From NCBI GenBank assembly GCA_944381105.1, contig CALWJU010000022.1, forward strand, positions 10,083 through 74,082: a stretch of DNA of 64,000 nucleotides, read 5' to 3'. The DNA comes from an uncultured Clostridia bacterium (GTDB lineage: Bacteria > Bacillota > Clostridia > Christensenellales > UBA1242). The notes under the pieces were generated by a model. The model saw nothing but the letters and a program-made list of their open reading frames with translations. It was not told the origin of the DNA and searched no databases. Shown here in pieces: positions 1 to 12,000 of this stretch. Each line of letters opens with the position of its first letter. Within the stretch, counting starts at the first letter, position 1. The position numbers and the translations under genes were made by a program.

Positions 1-1
1 A

Positions 2-3000
2 GAGGTTACAACAACCGCTAGCAATGACAGCGAAAATCTTAGACCTATAATTTACAATAATGGACTTGAATTATATATATCAGAAAAAGACCAATCTTTA
101 TCTATGGGAGATATTTCTGTATATCACTACACATTACCACAAGATTACTCTCAAAATGAAGATGACTATATTCTTACTGCGACAATAACTCTACTAAATA
201 GAGATAGTGCTCTCGATGAGGAAACAGGTGTATATAATTTCATATTTGAAATATCTTTCTCTGTATATGTTGATTATAGAAGTAGAATAGATAGGGATAT
301 TGACTTTACTGTCGCTTTTGAAAGCAACTCGGGTAGCAATAGTTCGAGCGTAAATGGAGATGAGGGACAGATAACACTTAGCCTAACAAGGCAAAACTTC
401 ACAAATATAGATGTAACAAGTTTTAAAGTGGATAGGTCTGTTTGGACAAATGTAGATGGCACTTATTATACCGCACATCAAAAGGGTGAGCAGGCAAGCG
501 TATTTAGTCCAGGAAGCAGTTCAATTTTACAAATTACAGCAAACCCATACTTTGCTCATTATGATTATGTTGAGATTTCTTATAGCAATGTAGCAGTAGC
601 AAACGCAGTTGATTTTGAACTTTTACAACCTTATGGTTCAAATTATGATACCTTTATCTCTTTTGCTGGTGCTGATGTTTATACATATGGAAATACTCTA
701 AGATTTACACCTGATAGAAGCCTCGATTATGATTATGGGACACTTTATTTTAGAGCCTCAATAAGTTCATCAGTTGATTCAGATAGCATAATAAGATTTA
801 ATGTATCCTATTATACTAGTGAGGGCGAACTTTTAAGTCAGGTAAATTATTATATAACAATAAATTATCTCGCACAGCCAACTATTCTTGTTGATGGAGA
901 ACAAGATGCTTTTATTGCACTCGGTTCTAATGCAAATGTAGAGATTCAAGTTTTCTCTGACCAAGTTCTAGATAGTTTAACACTTGAAGGAGAAGGATTA
1001 GAAGGTTTAAATTTATCATCTTTTAGCGAACAAGAGTCTGATAGTAATACAAATATCAAGACATATTCAGCAACAATATCTGCCTCAGTCAAGGCAAGTG
1101 TTGCTTCCGCTAACAATACTTTTACTGTCCATGCGGTTGTAAGAAGGACACAAAATGGAGTACAAGAGACAAGACATGTATACGCAAATGTTACTTTGGT
1201 AGACTTTAAGATTGATACATCAAATGTGGGAATAGATGGTATAGAGGATGGCAACTTGGATGTTTGGCAAGGAGTAGGAAAAGCCTTCGAAGTAGATTAC
1301 AACATTTTGCCAGAGAGTTATAGTTATGACCATAACGACAGCGAAAGCGTAGAAAAGGTTAGTGATCTTTTAAATAGTAGGCAAGAATTTGAAATAAATC
1401 AATATTATGTATCGAGTAAGACAGATGCTGAGACTGATGAAGAAATTATTCAATATGCTATAAATTACAACTATGAAGAAGGTAGAGCATACACTCTAAG
1501 CGAAAGACTATTCTATATTGTTAATGGAAATGAAGAAATACCAGTTACAGATGAGTACAGAAATTCTGCTGGCGCAAGGTTTGAGTTTACAACCAATCAA
1601 GACGGAAGTCAGGATGCTGTTATTATAGGAGCAAGGCAGGGGGAAGTCGTTTCGTTTAGATTGAAAACATTTATTTATACTAGCAATGGTGGAACAGTTT
1701 CATATTCAACTGATTTTACAGTAACTGTAAATGTATACTCTGATGAAGATTTGCCTTTAACAATTTCAAATGCTACCGAATTTGAAAATCTTAATCCATC
1801 AAATTATACGAGTGGAGAAATCACACAAAATGATTATATCTTGACAAGTGATATTGTTCTTGAAAATCATAGTGCTTTCAATACAGATTTGATAAGTTCC
1901 CTTGACGGAAATGGTTATACAATATATATAAGAAGTTACAATCAGTCAGCAAGCGGAACGTTAAATCTAGCATTATTTAACAATATATTAAGTACAACCA
2001 CATTAAAAAATGTTAGGGTAAATGTCTATAATGGTGGACAAATCACAGTTGACCTTAGCACTCTTTCGAGCAGTGCAAGAATAAACATTGCTGGACTTGC
2101 TATAACAAATGAGGGTATAATAACAAATTGTGAAGTTGTTTCTTTCTATACAGATGGATATGCAAGTGGAACGTCTGATCTTTTAGTTCCAGCGACAGTC
2201 GAGCATAGCAACCCATCAGGCTTTAATGTTCGCTTCATAAGGGGAGCAAATACAACAGAGGAAATCTATATTTCTGATGGTTCTTCTTGGACTCCACAAA
2301 TAGCAGGATTAGTATTGCAAAATGTTGGAAATATTACAAATTCACGAGTAGGAGGAGACTCTGTAACAATATTAGGTGAAGACCGATCAGTGATTGATAG
2401 CAGTGGCAACACTGTTGCTATGGGCTATACATTCGCATCAGAAATTGATCTTGATACTTTCTATATAATAGGTCAAGGCGATATGGCTGGTTTTGTTTTG
2501 ATAAATTCAGGTTCAATTGCATCTTCATATGCAAAATTACTTGATATGGAAAATAAATCAAATTCAACCGCATATGACACCTCTGGCTTTGTGGGAACAA
2601 ATAGCGGAAATGTTATTACAAGTTATGTAGAAGGAAAACAAGACGAAAGCGACACTTCGGAAAGTCAAAAATATGCCTATACTGGTACATCATTAAAGTC
2701 TGCATATGGTATAATCGCTGGTTTTGTCAATGAAAACACAGGGACAGTTAAAGATAGTTATTCAAATATTTTAATATCCAATTCTTCAAATGCTTTGAAT
2801 GTATATCTTGCATCAGGTTTTGTTTATATAAATGAAGGCACTATTGAAACATCGTATTCTGCTTCACAAATAGCAAATTCACGTTCTACACAGATGAATT
2901 TTTCAGGAGTTAACGCAAGTGGCGACCTACTAGCAAATGGCAACTATATAAATTGTTATTTCTTTAACGCTTCAAATTACAATAACCCTGACTCTTCTGA

Positions 3001-6000
3001 TAATTCAAATGAAACGTTGTACGATACAGGAGCGGTGCTAATTACAAATCCAGAATCTTCAACATATTTCTATGGCTTCGCAATAGCAAGTTCTGAAAAT
3101 GATGGTATTTGGACAATAAGCGATGAGAATGGAATAAAACTTATTGAGCCTAACATTAAATCATACTCACATAGATACATTTCTTATATTCCAGACGACC
3201 AAGATTACGACGGAATAACAGGACAGGATGAACAAGGAAGATATGTTCTTCCTTATGCAATCTTGCAGTTTACCGATTCATCAAGAGAGATAAATACTGC
3301 TCTTGGTTCTGAAAACAATCCTATAATTATCTCAAATGCCCAAGAATTTGTAGAAGCCATGGGTACAAGCCAATCTTCATATACATCGCAGTATTTCAAT
3401 AGTTACTCGATTTGGGGAACATATAGAATGGTATCAAATATTAACCTCTCTGATTTAAGCACTTATATAAATTTACCATCAGTATCCAAGGCATTCTCAG
3501 GAAAATTTTATGGAAATGGGTTTACTATTTCAAACCTTTCTATTGCATCATATAATGCAGGAGTAGGTTATGGATTGTTTGCTTCTCTCGAAAGTAGGAA
3601 TAATTCAACTCCATTAATCAGCAACCTTTCGCTTACCATAGACCATGTTACAGCAGGAAATGTATCCATGGTTGGTGGTGTTGCTGGATATGCAAAAGAT
3701 TCTATACTAGTAAATATTGATATTACATTTAACGATGGAGCACAGATAAGTGGACTAAACTTTGTTGGTGGACTTGTCGGGCTATCATTTGGTAATAGTG
3801 TGATAAGAAACATTACAGTTCAAGACCCAAGCGTAACAGCAGAGACATATTCAAATAATGTAAGTGGTGATTATTTTACATCTAGCGTTATAACATCAAT
3901 AAGAAATAATATTAGAAATAACTTAAATAATTCGACTACTGTAAATTCATCGATAATCAATACGTTAAGTGTTTACTCATATGCTGGTGCTGTTACAGGA
4001 TACTCAGACCACTTTGTAACAATGTTAAATTCATTTAATATCAATCAAGCATTTGACTATACTATAAACAACATAAGAGTTAATGGAACGGTCTTTGTTC
4101 AAGGACAGATTGCAGGTGGATTGTTCGGACTTACATCTTATCAAACAAATGTAAGAGATGCAGGACTTGTTATAACCGCTGACAATGATAATGTCGATTC
4201 TCATATTATTGCTACCAAGTATTTCGCTGGTGGTGTTGCAGGTCAGTCCTTTGGTGGAATGAGTAGAATATTTGCTGAGTATGAATCAAGTATACAAAAT
4301 GATATTGAAGATGGGCTTTCAAGTTTCTACTTAAATAATGCAGAGGTGCAAAGGGGTGCAACAAATATCTTCTACCTTGACTCTAATCCATATGATCAAA
4401 TGTTTATAGGAGGTCTTATAGGTTATGTAGAAAGTGGTAGACTTGAAGTATCTTACTCCAAATTAAATGTAGTAAGCAATACAGCAGACTTTGCGGGTGG
4501 TATAATAGGAGGAATTGATCTAACTAATGCAAACACCTATCTTGCAGAGGCAGACTTATTGAATGAAGACGTATTTACAAAATATTTCATAAATGAAGTT
4601 TTTGCCACAGGAGATATTAGAGCAAGACAAGACGGCGATGATTTAGTAATGACCGCAGGAGGTATTATTGGTGCAAGTTATGGTCAAAACAATAGTATCG
4701 CTTTGCTTGCTGTTAATGCTTTAAATTACATCGCAAACTACGACTATCAAAATGAAGATGTTATAAATATTAATAATGATATAAATATTTCATCAACTAT
4801 AAAGACAAATTTAATTCTTGGTTCGGCGTTTGAGAGCAAAGATAGTACATCTCAAAGCGAAATAAATATAAATAATTTCACAAGTTTTATTAACCTCATT
4901 AGATTACGAGGTGATAATGGTGTAAGTGGAGTTAATTCTGCAACAGTGGCTTATTATGAAAGCTATACTTTTGACAACTTTATTGCAGCAATGAATTTGT
5001 TTGGTTCTGTCAGTGGAGGATTGCAAGACAACACTCTGTACGAAAATAATTATGTATATGCCATAAGTTCACCAATCAACTATACCTCATCTGATATAGG
5101 ACATACATTTACTCAACAAGCATTTTTAAGTTCTGGTGTATGGAGTACTGGGAATTGGACCCATGATCCAGAGGATTTGTTCCCATCAATTATGTATCAA
5201 AGGGTAACAAATTACATTTACCTAGATGACTACGCTGAGAGTGTTGAACGTGTATTCTCACTACTTAATTCAGGTGGCGGAAGTGATATAACAATTGTGG
5301 TCCGAGGTCTTGCGTCTGAGGATACAACTGATGAGTATAGTCATATAGATTTACGTGATTACGCTGATATTATTGATAATTATATGGTTAGAGGCTTCTC
5401 AGGTTCAATAATAGGAGGAAATTATTATATTACTGATGGTATTGACGAAGATACCAATGCAAATCGTACTCGTGTAAGAATAATATCTGATAAAAGTTTC
5501 ATAGAGTCAACTGGACCTGGTTTCTATATGAATGATGTTATAATTGAGTATGCATCACAAGGTTCAATAGATATCACAGCAAATACACAAGGTAGTGCTG
5601 GATTATTCTCTATGAGTGATTTAAATGAAGCGACTATAACCAATCTCGAAATAAGATTAAATTCACCAGTGGTGCTTACAGAAGAGAATAGTGGGACAAC
5701 TTCAAATGAAATCACAGTAGGTTTACTTGCTCCACAAATCATAAATTCTTCAATTACAAATTTAACAATTGATGCTCAAAATGTAAGTAGTTCATCCTAT
5801 CTTTTATCGACAAATATACAAAATAGTTATGATTCAATATCTGCTGGTATTATTGCAGGTGTAATGAATCAAACAAGCACAAGTTCAATTATGCAAGTAG
5901 ATGGTTTTAACCTGAATTCTTCTGCAAACCTAGTAAATCTCTATTCAGCAGGTAGTACAGAAGTTGATTTCCACAATCTATATCTAGGTAGTTATTTTGG

Positions 6001-9000
6001 AAGAATTATAAGATCGGATTCTGCTCTTGATATGCAATTAAATTTACAAGGAATTGATTTAAGTAGTTCTTCTTCTGATACAAATAAGCGTCTGTCAGTA
6101 AGCAATATTTCAGCAGAAAATGCCTATATTGGCGGTTATATCGGAATGAATAACGGTCTAGATCGACTTACTTTACAAGATGATTTCTCGACCTATATTG
6201 ATATTTTCCTTGATGATACGTCTATAAGTGTTACACCAACATTTGATAACCTTTATACAGGACTTATTTTTGGATTTGCAGGTAACACAAATATTAATTC
6301 TATAAATTTTGCTTATTCAAGTTTTGACGGTGGATTGTATGTTGTTCAAAATGGAACAAACAATGAAACAAATAGAGTTGAAATTACAAACCTTTATGCT
6401 GGCGGATTTGCTGGTAGACTTGAAAGTGCTATGACACTATCAAACATTAGCCAAATGAGTTATGAAGTAGTTTCAATTACAAGCAGTACTAGTGTGGATA
6501 TTTCGTCAATGGATACAACAAGAGATACCTTTGAATCTTCGGAATATGTAAGCAATACATTGGACATTTCAGGTACAGCAAAAGTAGGTATTGTCGTCGG
6601 CTCGACAAGTTCGACATTCTCTATGCAAGGGACAGGTTCAGACTTTACCGTGCTTAACAGAAATGGACAGACAATAAGGCTTTCTGGACTTACAAGTGGT
6701 TCGGCGGTCGGATCGGTGATAGGAGAATCGACATCAACGCTTGCAAATTCTATAACAGGTACTAGTACAATAAACCTCACAAGCGGTATTGTTTCTAATG
6801 CTCAAATTGTAGCAATAGGAGATAGTGAGGACGCTGAGGTATCTGTGGGCGGAATAATAGGACAGGTTGTTCATGACACTACATATGAAGACAGTGCATC
6901 GGCGAGGGTGTCAGTGGGGTCGTTAAACACTGCGTATGTCGGCTTTATAGGTGCAGTTTATTCAAACATTGAAAACTTAAATTTCGGTGGTATTATAGGA
7001 AGGACATTGTTTGCAAATAGTAATGATTCTATCAACTTAACAAATACATATTATGGTGGAGTAGTAAAGATATTTGGTGAGAATAGCGAAAATTCAAGGG
7101 CTTACGTCGGAGGTTCTGTTGGTTCTCTTGAATCAAGTCAGACATCAACAAGCACGTATAATGTAAGGCTAATAAATTCATTTAACTACGGAGATGTGTT
7201 CGTTGAATATGATGAATTTGAGTCATTAAATCATTACATATTTGGTGGACTTTTAGGAAGAATTGAAAGTGCTTATAGAATAACAGCAAGTGGCAACTAT
7301 TCTATGGTTAGCAGTCATAATACGAGATTTATAGGAAATGACGAAAATGACCTAAATAATTCAAGCCATGCTTTGTTTGGGGATACTCCTGTATCTGCTA
7401 CAAGCGGAGCAATTAATAATAACTATTATAATTTTGCTGTTTCTCTATGCTCGGACGAATATGGTACAGATATAGCATATAGTTCTGCATATAGAATAAA
7501 TGGCTTTGGATATGGAGAAAGTAGCATAGGAGGCACAGATGGTAGCACTACATTAACCATGCTTGATCGTTACGATGAAATATCCAGATTGATATATATT
7601 GATGAGGGAAGTGTTGAAGAGGGACACAAAGTAAATCCTATAAACCTTTCTTCTGCAAATACATCTATGATAGATATAGAGTATAAATATAATGGTATTA
7701 CATATACAACATTTACGGAAACATCTACACTTTCAACGCAAATATATACAAATGGAGCAGATAGTACAAATCTTGAAAATGTTGCTATTATAGGGAATGG
7801 ACAGGAAATAACATATTCCTTAGATGATGATAGCCTTTCTCGGTCATCAATTATAAATAAATTAAGCGGATTCTCTTATGTTTCTAACCTTGTTGTAAAT
7901 CTAGATGTAGAATTAGACAGTACTGACTCATCGTTTGCTGGCGTTGCCAACGACATGTATGATAATACAATGATTTATGGTGTACAAGTTAAAGGAACAA
8001 TGAGCATAGGTGGAAACACTGTTAAAAACTTAGCAGGAATTGTTGCAAACCTATATTCAGGCAGATTGCAAGAGGTAAATACCAGCCTTGATATAATATA
8101 TAGAAGTAGCAGAGATGGATATGTCTACGGTATTGCAGACCTAGTAAATGAGATAAGCGGAGGAATAACCGACGGTTCACTCAATAAAATAATAGTAGAT
8201 TCTTATTCAACAGGTAGCATTACATCATATATTTCAGCAAATCTATACGCATTCAGCGACACACCATCAACGGATACGTTTAGAATAGATGGATGTTATT
8301 CAATTGCAAAGTTGGATAGAAATGATTATATGTCGAGTAATGATGGTGATGGAATATTATCGGTATTTGGTGTTGAAAATGCGAACGATAACATCATAAA
8401 TTCCTACTTTGACTATAACGCAGTAAATGCAGATGTATTAGAGATAGGTACAGACTACCAACTTTCAACGAGTGGATTGATGAATAATGCTGATCTTTCA
8501 TCTATATATGATGAGAGAAATATTGACTTTAATTATGGCTATCCAACATCAAAAATAGGTGCATTAAAGACCTCTTCATTTGCTGAGATTACAAGTTCAA
8601 ATTCAGCCACAAGCGATATGTACGAGTACTATGTAAACGAGACAGAGTATTCTCGTCTTGCAAACTTTGAGACGCCATCAGATTATGATAGTGCATACTT
8701 TATCATAACTAATGCAGGGGTACTTGCTCAATCAAATTCATTGACAAAAGAGATTTCAGAGGAAACATATAATATTAGAAATTTCATGCTCCAATATGAT
8801 ATAGATTTGTCTCAGTCAGAATATAATGACAACTGGACAAGTCTGCTCTTTGAGGCAGAGACCTCAATAGTTGAGGGTGATGATCCAAATTCTACCGAAG
8901 ATGATGTAGAAATATCATCGTTTGCGCCAATTTATCTTGATGGTAGAGAAAAGACTATTTCAGGGTTAAATGCACCATTGTTTGAGACAATAGGTATCTC

Positions 9001-12000
9001 AGCGGATGCCGATGCGACTCAACTCTCGACAATTAAAAATTTGAGATTGACTGACGCTAATGTAAATAATTACGGCATACTTGCAAAAGTTATTTACAAC
9101 ACCTTTGTAACAAATATGACCTTGATTGGTAATGTGTCAGGAAATAGTTCGGGCTCGCTTGTCGATAGCACTCAGCAAGAAGATTTATTCGGAGAAAGTT
9201 CGTCATATCTAACAATAGGTGCTCTCGCAAATGAGGCAGAAAATTCAAATATTTCTGCAATAACAAATATTGTTACTATAAATGTAACAGAATACAACAA
9301 CAGTAGTAATATCCTCGCTGTTGGCGGACTTGTCGGAACAATGCACAACAGCCAAATCAACTATTCTTCAAATTACGCTCCTATAAATGTAGCAGTTGCA
9401 AATGGCAATAGTGAAGCATATAGTAAAAACTACTTTGTCGGCGGACTAGTTGGTTTTGTGTTCAATAATAGCGAAAATAACGAAGAAACAAGCAGTCTAA
9501 GGTATAGTTATAATGCATCCTCTGTAATGGCAGGATACGCAAATACTAATAGCCTTTTAACAACACAGGGTCAATATTATGTTGGCGGTCTTGTAGGTTA
9601 CAGCAGTGCTAATAATTTGACAATATCAGGCTGTTATAACTCTGGTGCTATCAAATCAGGCAATAAGTCAAATGGCAGGACAATAAATAATACAGTTCAA
9701 GGAATATCTTATGGCGGTGGTATAGTAGGACATGCAAATTACGCAAGCCTTGACAACTGCTATAATGAAGGCACTATCGAGGCACTTGGTGCAAGTCCTG
9801 TAACAGATTTTAGATGGGCAACTAATTACGATCTTGAATTATATCAATCAAATCAAAAAAATGTTTATGCGTATGCAATAGGACATTTTGACGCCTGGGA
9901 TGGCGACGAGGGTTCTCTTCAAGTTTATGATAATAGTTCAGACTCTGTCTATATGAATGGATCATATCTCGACCAAGACAGTATAATAAATAGTTGGAGT
10001 TGGTCGGATATTAGCAGCAGGGTAGCGACATCTTCACTTGGAATGGATCAAGATTCAAGAATAGCTGTTTCCACAAATATAGGCAATGACACCTTGGGTT
10101 TAATCCATATATACGATATTCGTGGGGCAAGAGTCGTGATTAATAGTTACGGAATCTTTAGATATTCCGATAATGCTTCAGATGATGTAATAGTAACATC
10201 TTACAATAGTTTTGGTTTACCAACAAATTTTATATTAAAATTAAAAGTAACATTAGGTATACAATATTATTATGATGAAGTAAGAAGTGGTGGAATTTTT
10301 GTAGATTTTGGAGTTTTTAAATTAGATTTATCATCTTCAGACAGTTTGGTGGACACTTACCGAGCAGAAAATGACGAATACGCATCAATTGACTATTCAA
10401 ATGCTTACGCAGATTATGAAAAACAATATTTAGAAGACAACAACAGTTTTCTCATTTCTAATTATAACGACACAGCAATAGAGAGTGATGGGGAGAATAT
10501 TAAGAGGAATACTCGAAGCAACATTACAACAAATATAGAAGATATTAAGGTAACCACAATTGATGGTATATCATACTATCTTGCCGATTCAGATGGGCTT
10601 AATGCTATATTTGGTGCTGGCATGTTTAACTACCAGATTACAGAAACATGGGAAGAATTAGGACTGCCGTATGTAAATGATAGGTCTTATTATTCAGTTT
10701 CAGCATGGACAGATGATGATACTCCATTATCAACTTATGTAGATAGTGTCAACGAGAATGGTATAACATTTACAGCATATAGCAGTGAAGAGGTTGAAGG
10801 TAATATAAATTATAGAGTAACTCTTGATTATGACGTTTCATTAAACTTCAACATGTCATCATTAAACTATTATTATATAGATGGCTATTCATTCGGTATT
10901 GGTATAAACAATTATCAAGAACTTCAACCTATTGCAGACTATACTCTCATAGATGGAAGCGGTAAAGAATATAAAAATGTAGTAGTTAAAGCGATCTATT
11001 TAGAAGATGGACAATCTTTGCCAGCAACGGAAGAAATAGGAAGCGACCAAGATTTTGTTGAAAGTAATCCAAATATCGTCTACTTTGCATTGCAAGATAA
11101 TATGCTTATCTATATTCCAAATGCTGAACTAAATAATGGTAGGATGTCGACCATAGTCAACAGAGAAGACGTAACACTTAATGGAGTAGGTACAGTATAT
11201 ACATATAATAATGAGGATGGCACTCAGACTACGGAGACTGGACAAGAGGCATTTAATCATGCCGTACTCGATATAATAGAAAATAGATTTGCAGGCAAAG
11301 AATATTATTGCACGATAAGCGGACTTGAAAGTAGATATAAGACAGTTTCGTTTGGTGGAGTTCGAGGTAGTGCAGATAGTGATAGCATTAGCGATATCGT
11401 TGAAGGTCTTGAAGAAGATTTTGGAGGATTAACAGGGGAGAGTGAAGGAAATAGTTCTTTATCATATGGTCAAGTTATAGACGTATGGTACAATGAAAGC
11501 ACAATAACTCAAAATGACGAGGGCTATCAAGTAATGCTTTCCGCTCTTGCCAATACCAATATTGACGAGGCTGTTGCTATAAATAACAGCGGAGAGGTTG
11601 TTTTAGGATTCTATAACAACACATGGCTTTTAGGAGAAGAGACAACTATTTCAAGTGGTGGTCATACCTATGAGGTGTCCCTAAATGACAATACTTTGAC
11701 ATTGTCAGGAGAGGGTATCAATGAAGATGATGTTCGCTCATTCCTTGAAAGCATAAGTGCAATTGCAAATGATTTCTCGGACACTCTTTCTTTTGAAGAT
11801 TTAAATCTATTTAACCATTTAATCGACAATTTTACCGATGAAATTGCTATAAATTTCAGAGGAAGCGGGGTTGGAACGGCAACAGCAACATTTGCAAAAG
11901 TTTGGTCATTTAATTCAGAAAACAATATGATTTCAATAAATGACGGCGGTGCTAGTATAGTCGAAGAAATCGTGCGAGAAAATGTAACCCCTTATACATT

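Noticed and set aside
274-11925. Eight minus-strand ORFs of 60..106 aa (e.g. 946..1254, 6460..6780, 11668..11925) nested antisense in the first giant gene
   Set aside because: All are fully contained in a long, motif-rich sense ORF. None has an SD or promoter. Their translations are low-complexity mirror images of the sense codons.
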